64,000 nucleotides of DNA, taken from Eledone cirrhosa. Lineage: Eukaryota. A program made the position numbers and the translations under genes. The notes below the pieces were generated by a model. That model saw only the letters and a program-made list of their open reading frames with translations, was not told where the DNA came from and did no database searches. Below, in pieces: positions 14,214-27,200 of the stretch. The stretch spans positions 86,862,001-86,926,000 of the forward strand of contig OZ024746.1 in NCBI GenBank assembly GCA_964016885.1. The letters run 5' to 3'. Every line of letters begins with the position of its first letter. Position 1 is the stretch's first letter.

Positions 14214-15011
14214 AATAAACCTTGTAATGTTACAAATATGATTCACTATTGCTTTACAATATTAGTAGATACATCTCTAGCATTGTCCTGTAGTTTTAAG
14301 CTATATCAATACATTCATTCATTATCCGAAATTTTCACGGTTATAGAAGAATTACAAATAATTATACCTTTGACAGTAATATATTCTCAGCAGAAATTGT
14401 TCTGTCTCGATTATACTGAGAACAATCTAAACTCATGGTTTAGAAATGACTATTTGCAAGCGAATATCATTTTTCTCATTCAATCCCTTATGGATGACCT
14501 ATATTTGAAATTATATTATTGGTATACCATATTAGAAACTATTTTTCATATATATTACATTTCCACAGAGAATTGAATTGGCCCGAATTAAGAAATAAAA
14601 ATAAAGGAACGAAATAATTACTGTGTTTCTGTATTATTGGCGAAAGCAACCAGTATTAGTTTAGTTAAAACTCATTGCTTATGCTTTCTTTGTCACTGGG
14701 TTGTGAATTCAAATATAGCCGGAGTCTATAACTGAAGCATATTGTCTTGTCAATAGAAATGTAGTAAAACAATTTAAATGTCTACCTTGGGTATTAGAAT
14801 GAACTCTATAAATAATAAACACAGCCACAAAGATATGGTCCGAACGTGGAAGAGCCGAACCCCCCACTGTCATCGCCTCCATCTCTCTCGCTCTCCCCCA
14901 TCCCTCTGTATGCTGAGCAAATGGGGTTCCACGCGCTGGTCTCCCCAGGGATTGATTGGACATATACATCTATAGCTTTCTCCTTTTACCCCACTCTCTC
15001 TCTCTCTTTCT

Positions 15012-15055
<44 letters not shown>

Positions 15056-15056
15056 G

Positions 15057-15105
<49 letters not shown>

Positions 15106-15557
15106 CATATGTATATGTCCAATCAATCCTCTCTATTGTTTTCTTCATAACAATATCACAATAATTTAACTTACAACGTCAATCTAAATATTAATACTTA
15201 GATATAAATAAAGAAAGCAATGAAAATATATGTATACAGTCAAAGAGGCACTCAGCATAATCAAATTATAAATAGCGACCTATTCGGTATTAGTAATAAA
15301 TATAGAAAGTAAGTGAGTTTCACGCTGGGAAATGAAACATTGGACGATGATGTGATGATAGATGATTCAGAAGGTCGTAAGGTAAGAAGGAGAAGCGTAA
15401 AGCTGGAATAACATTTACAACCTCATCATTTACACAAATATAATTCACTTTTGTCCCTTTCTATAAGCAAAGTTGTGATTTTGTTTAAGACAGGAGGTTA
15501 ATTACTGAACAACAAATCTATAACACTATATATCTATTTCATGCGTTTGTCACTCAC

Positions 15558-15672
<115 letters not shown>

Positions 15673-15704
15673 TACACAATAATCAAAACAATGTTCAAAA
15701 CATT

Positions 15705-15759
15705 TTATTGCTGACAATCGTTTCTTCCAAACTTTCGTTTGGTATCATCGGAGCAATAA
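15705..15759 (-). ncRNA. Hammerhead ribozyme, CCGAUGA (U4C) core variant
   Basis: Minus strand: stem I ttattgct/agcaataa (8 bp), CCGATGA, stem II ccaaac-GAAA-gtttgg, GAAAC-gatt-GTC. Confidence 0.8.
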
Positions 15760-16801
15760 CAAAGTGTAGACATATAATTAACTTCCTATTCGACAGAACA
15801 ATCATACAGATACATAGATATTAATGTTGTCATCAACAGTTTCATATTTACAGAGTGGATTGGATGTGACAGAGTTTACAAGAGAATAGTATAACCTTTA
15901 AAGAGGAATTAAGGCAGAAAGTTACTCGCAAAACGAAGACATTATCAGTACATATGCAAGCGTATAGAGAGTGCAAATTTGTTAGGCATATACAGGATAG
16001 CTAGGTAGGAAACAATCAATGGTACTAGGCATATATATTACAGTATGCCAAAGGTATCACATAATATAACACTGGTTTACAAGCATATTAAGCAGACAAA
16101 GATGTTTGTGTATTAAAAGTAGTTTCTATGAGTTTATGGTGGATGTAGTGTGATAATTGTTTCTGTTATGTACAAATGTGCATGTGTTGAGAGTATTAAT
16201 ATTATTCTGGAAATTAAACCGTTAGAAGAATCACTCTAGAACAACTCGAACCCCGGATAACAGCGTAATAGGACCAATATGCAATCCCTAGCTGTAATTA
16301 CTTATAAACATTCACTAAAATAAATCATAATCAATGTAATGGAAAAGAAATCAATAAATTGCAATACTCCCAACACATGCACATTTGAACATTACAGAAA
16401 CAATTATCACACTACATCCACCATAAACTCATAGAAACTACTTTTAATACACAAACATCTTTGTCTGCTTAATATGCTTGTAAACCTGTGTTATATTATG
16501 AGATACCTTTGCCATACTGTAATATATATGCCTAGTACTATTGCTTGTTTCCTACCTAGCTATCCTGTATATGCCTAACACATTTGCACTCTCTATACGC
16601 TTGCATATGTACTGATAATGTCCTCATTTTGTGAGTAACTTTCTGCCTTAATGCCTCTTTAATTGTTATACTATTCTCTTGTAATCTCTGTCACATCCAA
16701 TCCACTCTGTAAATATGAAACCTTTGATGACAACATTAATATCTATCTATCTATATGATTGTTCTGTCGAATAGGAAGTTAATTATAAGTCTAAACTTTG
16801 C

Positions 16802-16854
16802 TAGTGCTCCGATGATTCTAAAAGAAAGTTTGAAAGAAACGATTGTCAGCAATA
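16802..16854 (+). ncRNA. Hammerhead ribozyme, mirror copy with degraded stem II
   Basis: tagtgct CCGATGA ttctaaaa gaaa gtttgaaa GAAAC gatt GTC agcaata. Confidence 0.6.
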
Positions 16855-17016
16855 AAATGTTTTGAACATAGTTTTGATTATTGTGTAAATTATATTCCTG
16901 ATCTGTAAAACATCTCATGTATTTACATTGAGCTATTTTTCTTACTGGTAATAAGGTAGTATTGAGTTACGAACCTTTCCTGTTTATAATTATATAGTGT
17001 ATATATAAGTATAAAT

Positions 17017-17118
17017 ATTGACTTTGCCTTTCATCCTTACGGGGTCGATAAAATAAAGTACCAGTAATGCACTGGGTTATTGCTGGCCTTGTGCCTAAAG
17101 TAGAAACAATTATTATTA
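17017..17118 (+). mobile_element. 5'-truncated SINE S1
   Basis: actttgcctttcatccttacggggtcgataaaataaagtaccag...gtagaaacaattattatt. Confidence 0.85.
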
Positions 17119-17155
<37 letters not shown>

Positions 17156-17186
17156 AGATCAAAAGATGGTTAAAGGAGTTCAATAT

Positions 17187-17255
17187 ATTTTATTATGCGC
17201 ATTTCAAAAACAAACATCATCAAACAATAATATTTGTGTTTTCATCAGATAAAAC
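17187..17255 (-). ncRNA. Canonical minimal hammerhead ribozyme (mirror of 17383-17451)
   Basis: Exact reverse complement within the palindrome. Confidence 0.85.
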
Positions 17256-17382
17256 AGGAGAACATGATATGAAGGCTAAAAAAAACACTTGTTGATAGTG
17301 CAGTTTTAAATCAACATATCAAGTTGATTTAAAACTGCACTATCAACAAGTGTTTTTTTTAGCCTTCATATCATGTTCTCCT

Positions 17383-17451
17383 GTTTTATCTGATGAAAAC
17401 ACAAATATTATTGTTTGATGATGTTTGTTTTTGAAATGCGCATAATAAAAT
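17383..17451 (+). ncRNA. Canonical minimal hammerhead ribozyme
   Basis: Stem I gttttat/ataaaat, CTGATGA, stem II acaaatattatt/gatgatgtttgt (G-U rich), GAAA-tgcgc-ATA with palindromic stem III atgcgcat. Confidence 0.85.
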
Positions 17452-17603
17452 ATATTGAACTCCTTTAACCATCTTTTGATCTTATATTATGCATACTCCA
17501 GTCCCACAAACTGTAGAGTGCTTCTTATCCGATATCTGCATTGCTTTATTGTACTACAATAAAACTCACCTCCTACATATATATATATATATATATATAT
17601 AAT

Positions 17604-17995
17604 ATAATTGTTTCTACTTTTGGCACAGGGGCAGCCAATTATCCAGTACATTACTGGTACTTTATTTTATCGACCCTCGTAAGGATGAAAGGCAAAGTTA
17701 ACCTTCAGGGGATTTGAACTCAGAACGTAAAGGGACGTAACTATGCTGGTAAGCATGTCCGACCCTCTACCGATACTGCCAATTCAACCCCATATATATA
17801 TAATATAATTATTTCTACGTTAGGAACAAAGCCAGCAATTACGCAGTGCATTACTGGTACTTTATTTTATCGACCCCGTAAGGATGAAGGGCAAAGTTTA
17901 CCTCGGCGGGATTTGAACTCAGAATGGCAAGGGTGTAACTCAATGCGTCAAAGCATGGCGTTCGACCCTCTACCGATACTGCCAATCCACCGCCC
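17604..17995 (-). mobile_element. Two tandem SINE S1 copies
   Basis: Full S1 consensus blocks at 17604-17790 and 17806-17995. Confidence 0.9.
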
Positions 17996-18028
17996 ACATA
18001 TATATAATATAATGTAATATAATATGAT

Positions 18029-18133
<105 letters not shown>

Positions 18134-18211
18134 TTCTCACCGTTAGTACGGCTGTTACTTAAATATAAGTATGTACACGTACATACTTATATGTATACAG
18201 ACGTACAGTAG

Positions 18212-18271
<60 letters not shown>

Positions 18272-18383
18272 CATGCACACATATATATATGTTAGTATGG
18301 ATTCGGGATGTTTGTTTACAAACACTCCGAGCATTATAATACATGTTCGGTGAATCCATACGTACATATATATATATATATGC

Positions 18384-18414
<31 letters not shown>

Positions 18415-18418
<4 letters not shown>

Positions 18419-18612
18419 AACCAGTAAAACCCCGACAGCTGAGCTCAAGCCGTTTCGACGGCTAATTCTGGACGTCCAGAATTAGCCGTCGAAACGGCTT
18501 GAGCTCAGCTGTCGGGGTCTTACTGGTTCCTATTATCCACTCTACTACCTCAAGTATTGAGTACTTTGGTGCGTTATGGTCCACCTGCTTCCTTACCACA
18601 TTTCCTTCGTTA
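18415..18612. mobile_element. Family-B fold-back copy (palindrome 18415-18532 plus tail)
   Basis: Palindrome centred on ctggac|gtccag; carries the GAAAC..GTC half of the family-B HHR in both orientations; (TA)n on both sides. Confidence 0.85.
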
Positions 18613-18616
18613 TATA

Positions 18617-18655
<39 letters not shown>

Positions 18656-18662
18656 TTATCTA

Positions 18663-18720
<58 letters not shown>

Positions 18721-18933
18721 CTACTCTACGTCTGTATACATATATGTATGTACGTATACATACTTATATTTAAGTAACAGCCGTACTAAGAGTGAGAAAT
18801 GAAATTTCGTTTCATTTTTTCCGTTTATCGTTTTCGGTTCCCCGGCCGATTAAGCAAATTAGGCTGCTCAGTCGTTAATATGCATGAGGAAAGTATATAC
18901 TTTCAGATGTTCAACCATCTAGCAGGAAGGTAT

Positions 18934-18976
18934 ACGTTGCTAACGATAGCTAATAAGCTTGAAACTATTACAGCGT
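18934..18976 (+). ncRNA. Hammerhead ribozyme copy with core mutations (CTAACGA, G5A), probably inactive
   Basis: acgttg CTAACGA t agct aata agct t GAAAC ta TTA cagcgt. Confidence 0.7.
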
Positions 18977-19372
18977 TCCTTTATCAGTGTTGAACAAATG
19001 ACCAACGGTGGTTGCTAGACCCTGTACGGCTTAATTCGGGATGTTTGTTTACAAGCACACCGAGCATTATAATAAATGTTCGGTGAATCCATACGTACAT
19101 ATATATATGTGTGCATGTATGTATATATATATATATATATATACATACTACTGTACGTCTGTATACATATATGTATGTACGTATACATACTTATATTTAA
19201 GTAACAGCCGTACTAAGAGTGAGAAGTGAAATTGCGTTTCATTTTTTCCGTTTATCGTTTTCGGTTCCCCGGCCGATTAACTCACTTGATATGCAAATTA
19301 GGCTGCTCAGCCGTTAATATGCATAAGGAAAGTATATACTTTCAGACATTCAACCATCTGGCAGGAAGGTAT

Positions 19373-19415
19373 ACGTTGCTGACGATAGCTAATAAGCTTG
19401 AAACTAGTACAGCGT
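19373..19415 (+). ncRNA. Canonical minimal hammerhead ribozyme
   Basis: Stem I acgttg/cagcgt, CTGACGA, stem II t-agct-aata-agct-t, GAAAC-ta-GTA (palindromic actagt). Confidence 0.9.
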
Positions 19416-19681
19416 TCTTTTGTCAGTGTTGAACAAATGAGCAACGATGGTTGATAGACACTGTACGGCTTAATTCGGGATGTTTGTTTACAAACACACC
19501 GAGCATTATAATAAATGTTCGGTGAATCCATACGTACATATATATATGTGTGTGCATGTATGTATATATATATATATACATACGTACGTCTGTATACATA
19601 TATGTATGTACGTATACATACTTATATATATATATATATATATATGTATATGCTTATACTCATATATAAAAATGCATATGT

Positions 19682-19795
<114 letters not shown>

Positions 19796-20005
19796 CATAC
19801 TTACATATATATGCGTGTATGTCTATGCTTGTGTATGTGTTTGTTGGTGTGTATGGAAAGATGATGTCAGTTTCGTTTTCATAAGTGCGGTATCACGCGT
19901 TCTAGAATCATAATTACCTATTGTACACCGCTTTTAAACTCCTCTAAAAACAATAATGAGAGTATCGTTTTGAATTGAATAAACCAAATGGCGTTGATTC
20001 TTATG

Positions 20006-20177
20006 ACAGTATCGGTAGAGAGTCGGACACCATGCATAGAGTTACGTCTCTTTATGATCTGAGTTCAAATCCCGCCGAGGTTAACTTTGCCTTTCATCCT
20101 TACGGGGTCGATAAAATAAAGTACCAGTAATGTACTGGCTAATTGCTGGCCTTGTGCCAAAAGCAGAAACAATTATT
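20006..20177 (+). mobile_element. SINE S1
   Basis: cagtatcggtagagagtcggac...gagttcaaatcccgccgaggttaactttgcc...gcagaaacaattatta. Confidence 0.9.
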
Positions 20178-20648
20178 ACAATTGTGTGTGTTAACATATA
20201 AACTGTGAGCGACGATGTTGTTTTTCAGACAAGGAAAATGTGGAGGATTACAAAACAATTCTAGATTGTAACCGATCAAAGTTCAGGACTGGTTGTTTGC
20301 GAAACCTTTCTCAGGTGTGATTATGAAGGAAATACGTTAAACTTGAACGCCAACCCTCTTTCTTAATATAAAACCTCCCTGCATATTACGCCGATGACAA
20401 ATAACTTGTTAAATATTAAATATTCAATTTGGGGAAAAAAACATTGTGCGCTCAAACTGTTTATATATATATATAGCGGTGGGAGGGACCGTCATAATGA
20501 AAGCCAGTCAAGCCTGAAATGCATAGGCAGATGTACCTGGTGTTTGCATAGCTACGGCCTCCTAAATCTTTCCTGTAAGCAAACCATGTTTCTTTAGAAA
20601 TACGGAATTTCTATACATATCTGTATAAAACTATGCTTGAAGCGAAAT

Positions 20649-20753
<105 letters not shown>

Positions 20754-20933
20754 ATGTGTGTGTGCGCGTGTGTTTGTTTGTGTGTGTGTGTGGGTGTATG
20801 TACGCCTGTTAAATGTATAGGAAAAACAAACACCAGGCGTGAAGTATAAAAATAAGTGAAGAATTTTATCAAAAGTTCATTCTTCAAAACAGGTTTCAAT
20901 ACAATATAAGTCTACATAATGCTGGTTGCATAA

Positions 20934-20934
<1 letters not shown>

Positions 20935-20993
<59 letters not shown>
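20935..20993. repeat. (ATT)n microsatellite
   Basis: Direct reading. Confidence 0.98.
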
Positions 20994-20996
<3 letters not shown>

Positions 20997-22269
20997 CTAA
21001 CAATACATTAAATATTGTATTTCTTCAGAAATATTTCAAAAAGATTTAACCAAATTTCAAAGTCCGAGGTAAGTTTATCGCTCTGAATATTTATATAAAT
21101 ATAAATATTTATACAAATACATACATATAAATAATTATTATTTATATAAATATATAAATATAAATAATTATTAGAAAAGGTGATTCAATTAAAGAACGAA
21201 GGAATGATAGAATTTGAAACAAAGCGGGATAGGTGCAATAGTAAGTCATGGCAGCTCTCTTTATGGGTGAGGTATGGATTTTAATATATTGGTAACAAAT
21301 ATATGGGAGAGCATATTGATACGGATATACAAATATAAGAACAAATTGGTTATTCGTAAGAGAGTAATTGCCTTCATCTTCCTCAATTAGACATTATTAG
21401 GCATACTTTATATTGAAGCGACACCATGGCGGAGAATTAATGACAAAACAGATTTGAGTAAGATGTTTAGTTAAGAAAACTGATATTATCCTCTATCTGA
21501 AGGGTAGGTAAAAACATTTAGAATGAATAAAACCATAAGTAACAAATTGAGAGCCGAATTCAAATTCGGAAAAGTTATTCGGTTAGTTCTAAATGTAGAA
21601 TGAGCAAACAATTTCAAACACTGAGGTGGCACATTGCGATAGAAAGGTGAAATACGGCCCGCAGTTTCATTGTTTTCGTCAACTAATATCCTGTCTTTTT
21701 CAATCTTTGCTTAGAAACGATAAATTTTATTATATAAAAAAGTGCCTAATTTCTGTGGTAGTCAAAAATAAATCAATGATTTATATTAACATAAAACAAC
21801 AGAAAAACCACTTCACTTAGTAATGAATTAAATTTTGGCCTAGGTGTGAGATTTTCAAAACAAGAAAATGTGTTCGTTTTCCTAATTTAATGGAGCCAAA
21901 AATATATTCAGTTTTGAAAATACATATTTAATTAACCGTCAAAAGCTTTTAATTCATTAATAATTAGATTAATTTAAAAACAAAACAAAAATAAAATTAC
22001 CCCCATATGTATCTATGATAAATTCCACATGTTAATCGTATAGACTCGCATATTAAACAATATTCCTAATCCGGCCGACATTTAAAAGCATTACCGAACT
22101 CTCCATTACAAAATATGGTAACAAACCGTGATCAGTACATCGAAGTTTTAAAAGTATTCATTTCTTTTTTGTTTTAAAAGTTTCAAACAAATTATATAAC
22201 CAGTCTTCTAATCATACTTTAGTAATATGATTTAACTTATAAGCTATAAGTAAAAATGGGACTAGATGA

Positions 22270-22500
22270 CTATGTTGGGTCAAATATTCTGTTGGCGAAG
22301 GAATTAGCCCTTCCATGTTGACAGCTAATAGTTCTATCGTTAACCGGTATAGGTCGTGATAGAGTTATGTAATATGCTTCGGTAAGACAGAGGTCACAAG
22401 AGTTTCTTCGTCCATTGAACGGTTGGACCCTAGCCAAAATATCCCATGATAGTGAGTGTTCAATGTTGGTTAATTTAAGGTTTTTAATGAGCCATTGGCG
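22270..22500 (-). mobile_element. Penelope-like element fragment (GIY-YIG endonuclease C-terminus)
   Basis: LKLTNIEHSLSWDILARVQPFNGRRNSCDLCLTEAYYI...VNDRTISCQH fits the PLE W.I...C.LCL.E..I...N.R...C.H pattern. Confidence 0.8.
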
Positions 22501-22671
22501 GTCATCTTGTAACCCATAGGTAGATCTCACACAATGCAGCCTCGACAGAAGAATACTGCTCGACTATGGCAGGCAATAGATATACCCAGGACACCATAGT
22601 GAAATACCAATATATGGAACATTACATTTATGTAACATTCTTTACTTATTTTAATTTATATTCCTTTTGAA

Positions 22672-22790
22672 GTTCCGATGAGCTGCTCTATGTCTCCCAA
22701 TGTTAATTATTTTCAACTGAACCAGATCAATAATGATATATAATCATTTGATCTAGAAATATTATATGGAGTTACGAAACAATTGTAAAC
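22672..22790 (+). ncRNA. Hammerhead ribozyme, CCGAUGA variant with long stem II
   Basis: gtt CCGATGA gctgctctatgt...(inner hairpin agatcaa..ttgatct)...atatggagttac GAAAC aatt GTA aac. Confidence 0.6.
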
Positions 22791-22796
22791 GGACTT

Positions 22797-23410
22797 AATT
22801 ATCAGGCTAAAATTCCTTTAGTCAAAAATACGGTGAAAGCTATTCTATTTTCTAATTTCAAACCTACTCACTGTTTCAAAACATACTTACTTGCCATTTA
22901 AACTCGCTAAGAATGTAGCTTCTAATTTGAATGGAAAGAGATGGGTGATGTGTTGATGTAATGGTAGCACAGTGGTCGCGATAACCAAAGATGTTGGTTC
23001 GACTCCCATGTACGTCAATACTCATCTTTTTCCATTTATCTGAGGGTTCTAAACCCTATTATCAGGCTAAAATTCCTTTAGACAAAACTACGGTGAAAGC
23101 TATTCTATTTTCTAATTTCAAACCTGCTCACTGTTTCAAAAATACTTACTTGCCATTTAAACTCGCTAAGAATGTAGCTTCTAATTTGAATGGAAAGAGA
23201 TGGGTGATGTGTTGGTGTAATGGTAGCACAGTGGTCGCGATAACCAAAGATGTGGGTTCGACTCCCATGTACGTCAATACTAATCTTTTTCAATTTATCT
23301 GAGGGTTCTAAACCCCATTATCAGGCTAAAATTTCTTTAGTCAAAAATACGGTGAAAGCTATTCTATTTTCTAATTTCAAACCTGCTCACTTTCAAAACA
23401 TACTTACTTT
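22797..23410 (+). repeat. Tandem 259-bp unit (about 2.4 copies) containing a tRNA-like sequence
   Basis: ttatcaggctaaaatt recurs at ~22799, ~23059 and ~23318. Confidence 0.9.
23206..23276 (+). pseudogene. tRNA-like cloverleaf with Pol III A/B boxes (second copy at 22947-23017)
   Basis: A box tggtgtaatgg, D stem gtgt/gcac, anticodon stem tggt-cgcgata-acca (no U33), B box ggttcgactcc, G-U-rich acceptor stem. Confidence 0.75.
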
Positions 23411-23431
23411 ATATATATGTATATCTATATG

Positions 23432-23462
<31 letters not shown>

Positions 23463-23511
23463 GTATATATATATACATGCATACATATACATACATATAT
23501 ACATACATGCA

Positions 23512-23561
<50 letters not shown>

Positions 23562-24211
23562 ACAGTAAATATAATTTCATGATATGTAATTTGATCTTTT
23601 CTTACTTTATACGCTTTCGTCAGAGTAAAAGATAATCAGCTTTTTCAATCGTATAATGACTTAGGTGCTAAAATACTTGTACAATATGGAAAATAGATAA
23701 AAAGTATTGGCGAGATATGAATACTCATGCATTTTAAAAGATAAGAAGATGTGGAGAAGAAAATATCAACCTAGTATTATAAATATATTGATAGATATAC
23801 AAGTGATAGTAGTATCATGGAGATTGTACGATTATCGTATTAAAACATTTGAAATAAATTTTCATATGAAAAATACATTTTATCTGTATGCATGAATATT
23901 GAAGTAATAAACTTTATCTTTGATGTGAATGAATATATGTTTTTCTCCTGGAATATGTTATATTTAGGATCTTTTATCTTTTCAGAGATTAAGCGTAAAT
24001 AAATGAAGAAATAATTACAAACCATATGGCACAGAAAATATATAGAAATAAAATATTTCAAGAAGACATTTTACCTATTTTCATTCCCAACACCTACTTA
24101 AAGAGTGGATTATTTCATAATAATATACAAACATATATCTTAATATGCATATAACATATAACATAATACATATGTATATATACAAGGCGACAAATTAGAA
24201 TAGTCGTTATC

Positions 24212-24345
24212 ACGTCGGATAGAATGCTTTACGGTGTTCGTCCCACCTCAATCCGCGTTCTGAGTTCAAATCCCATCGTGGTCAATTTTAGCTTTCGAGG
24301 TCGATAAAAAAGTACCAGTGCAGTACTGAGGACGATTCTTCCTCT
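24212..24345 (+). mobile_element. SINE (S1 variant subfamily)
   Basis: gaatgctttacggtgttcgtcccac...gagttcaaatccc...gaggtcgataaaaaagtaccag. Confidence 0.75.
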
Positions 24346-24699
24346 ATAGAGAAAATCGGTTGTATTCAGGTTTAAAACTGCCCTAGACACGCCCTATGAC
24401 GATGCCTCTACGAATCCACAAGGAGTTATGGAATCTTTATCCTTTATCCTTATATATAAATAAATACACGGGAGTATATACACGCGTGCACACAAACAGC
24501 CGTAAAATTGAAACAGCTGGCCTGTATGATTGCTTCAATTGTCAAATAACTGCTGACTTTTTATTCTTTGTTCAATTAATGCTTGATATTTCTTTTAAGA
24601 GCCGATGATTATTTACAAGATAAAGGACATAGATGCAGGCATAAGTTTCTACTGGATTGATTGAGTATGTCTGTACAAAAAACTGCTGTACACTACCAC

Positions 24700-25880
24700 A
24701 TAGTTTCAGTCCTGATAAGGACTTACAAACTTTGCAACTCATTGTAGAGGCTGAACTTTTTCGGACGTGGATTTAAGGGATTGGTTTCTGTATATTGTTT
24801 CTGTAAGTATCTGTACAACCTCAAGTTCATAACAAAAAAATATTTTGAAAGACGAGAACTTTCATATGTATCACGTTTCCAGCTCATCATACTTTCTGGC
24901 AATTTCGAAATGGGGGCTTTTATGCAAGGCACGTTTATTTAATATTTTCTTTAATATCCTCGTTTCCAAATGTATTGCATTCATTCTTAATGGAATGCCT
25001 CGAATAATTCCAATTTACTTCTAATCACAGACATTTATCTCTAAGCGTTTAAGATATAATGCAGTCTTTGCATATTTCATATATATATATACAGTCTTTG
25101 TACACTCCTATTGGGCCTTTGTCGTAGACGTTTTCCAATTTCCAGTCCACCATAAAAATCTCTTGGACGCCGTTCATTGTTCATCTGAAGCATTTGCCAT
25201 GAACACGTCTTGAACTTTAGTTGACTGGTGAAACAGTTAGATTTTTGCTGTCAGATATTAGTGTCTGTCGTTCAGTAGTGAGCATGCCCATTTAGACAAA
25301 TTCGGTAGAATACCTCAAGGAATTTGAAGTGTCGTACTTTGTTTATGGCCAGGGAGAATAGCGAAAGACCGTCAAAATATAAATTTTATGGACTATCGAT
25401 TATGGAATATCGCACATTTCAAATATATTTCATTATAAGATCGCTCGTTGAATGTTATCCGATTCTTCGTGTTATCAGGAGGCGCCTTATATATACTATA
25501 TTTTCACACATTTTGTAGAATTATCCAACATTTCAAGAATCTGCAGTGCTTCTCTGCTAACGGTGATAATAAACTCCTTTGTTAAGCAAGGAAACCGTTA
25601 ATTGGCACATTTATTAACCAACTGAACGTTCCTCTAGATAGGTCCTTGGTAACTTACTTCCAAAGTATGATTCCATGAGAAGTAATGCATTTAAATAATT
25701 TAAATATTTTCCGATGTATTTTGAGACAAAACCTCTGTCATTCCAATCTTGTTGTATAGGATTTTCGTCTCAGCTATTTGCTCTCAGATTCGTATGGCGG
25801 ATGCACACATTTTGTACCAAATTTGCTACAATTCTCCTGAGATATGATCTAATCCTGGCATCTTGCCGATATTGATTTTC
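24700..25880 (-). mobile_element. Highly decayed RTE-type LINE reverse-transcriptase region
   Basis: Minus-strand remnants KMPGLDHISGEL, KG....C.N*R.., kaf/ydkgp segment, ILPNLSKWAC and a later INPRPK-like motif in the order expected for an RT; many stops. Confidence 0.55.
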
Positions 25881-27193
25881 TTAATCACCAAAACTACTTT
25901 ATTTGCCGACTTGCAATACATATGATCAAGTATATATTGTTGAAGTAAACTAAGAATAACCACACTGACGACAATGCTTGCGACAAAACTGATACCAACA
26001 TCTATAGCCATTTGCCTTTCCTCTGGAAAACGCCTGCAGCGTGGTGAATGTCGATTTTTATGCATGTGCATCTGATTGCTAACCCTGTACCTTGGAAAGT
26101 AAGCTCCAATTTTCTGATTAGACTTACTTATGACTTCACACTTAAAACCATAAGGAAAATTGCATAATGTTAATGTACTTTTTACTTATTCTAGTAGAAA
26201 TAGCACTCAAATGTACTTGCTTTAAAAAGAATGAAAAGAACACAATAGATAATATAGTTTCAAATACTCTTAAAATGACATTGACAGTAACTTCTTATTG
26301 ATTCAGCTCAGAAAGCGCGTGTATATGTCTTGTATTGTTCACTTCATGAATTTCACTGTGTGCATGTTTGTCAGATTCTTTCTGGCTTTATTTATTCTAT
26401 TTCTGGCTGTTTTTGTCTTTCAATCCATTTATCTATTATTATCAGTACCTCTGTTTCTCCTCATTTCCCTATCTAACCCTCTAGCTATTTGTTTGTAGAT
26501 GGCCTTTTAGTAAACGAACTCTATCTCCAGGTTTATGTTTTTATCTGCCTATCCTTTGCCGGTTATTGTCATTCTGTCCTCTATTTCTCGTCTACATTCC
26601 CCATTTCTGATATTCCACATCTGTTAGACCATTAAATCGAAATATATTCTCCAACACCTAGAATATATAGATCAGTATTTTATCAAAGATTCGAGTTATA
26701 TATTAAGTTGAGTTCTACGTAGCCAAAGAATGTGATAAACTCGTGTGGGTTTACAAAAGGTTAGTAAAGTATATAGCACATTTACACAGTTTTATTACAT
26801 AGAGCTATAAAAAAGCGAAATATACGTATTTCATTGTAAATTGAAACACACTAAACATCTTTAATAGGTTTTCAAGACTAGCTAGGCTTTTATCAGTAGA
26901 CATGTATATTATCTAAACCACCACAAGGAAAAATGTAATTGAGAGGCTTATGTGGATATACTAATTTGCATATAATTAGCATACATTTTGATAGTTAATT
27001 AACATATATATTAGATTATACGCTAAGAAGCCGGTGTGCATATATGAAGATATATATCTGTATATATACTTTTTATATATTGTATGCTTTAAGCTACAAC
27101 ACTTATTTTTCTTACCTACTTCTTATCTTTTTAATCCACATAACGTACACACAGATACTGAAATAACGAGACACAAACACATATAAGCCTGTA

Positions 27194-27200
27194 CACACAC

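Larger units (their letters stand above)
12219..14938. repeat. ~720-bp inverted repeat (12219-12950 / 14211-14938) around a TA-flanked spacer
   Basis: Mirror ORFs 12580..12873(-) and 14130..14576(+) are nearly identical; the inner arms differ by a few substitutions and one 7-bp indel. Confidence 0.95.
17148..17490. repeat. Perfect palindrome, 168-bp arms with a 7-nt loop
   Basis: 17148-17315 is the exact reverse complement of 17323-17490; (TA)n at the left end and at 17577. Confidence 0.95.
18717..19628 (+). mobile_element. Tandem ~430-440-bp units each carrying an HHR (retrozyme-like array)
   Basis: Unit starts at 18717, 19144 and ~19578 (partial); unit-end fragment at 18301-18390 and inverted unit-start fragment at 18131-18214. 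Confidence 0.85.

Noticed and set aside
12580-14576. Near-identical ORF pair suggesting a duplicated gene
   Set aside because: Consequence of the inverted repeat; no recognisable domain or splice structure
22947-23276. Functional tRNA genes
   Set aside because: Anticodon loop lacks U33, acceptor stem is mostly G-U pairs, and the anticodon differs between family copies
26845-26902. Minus-strand CTGATAA-aagcctagctagtctt-GAAA
   Set aside because: Uncompensated G8A and no convincing stem I or III; at best a relic
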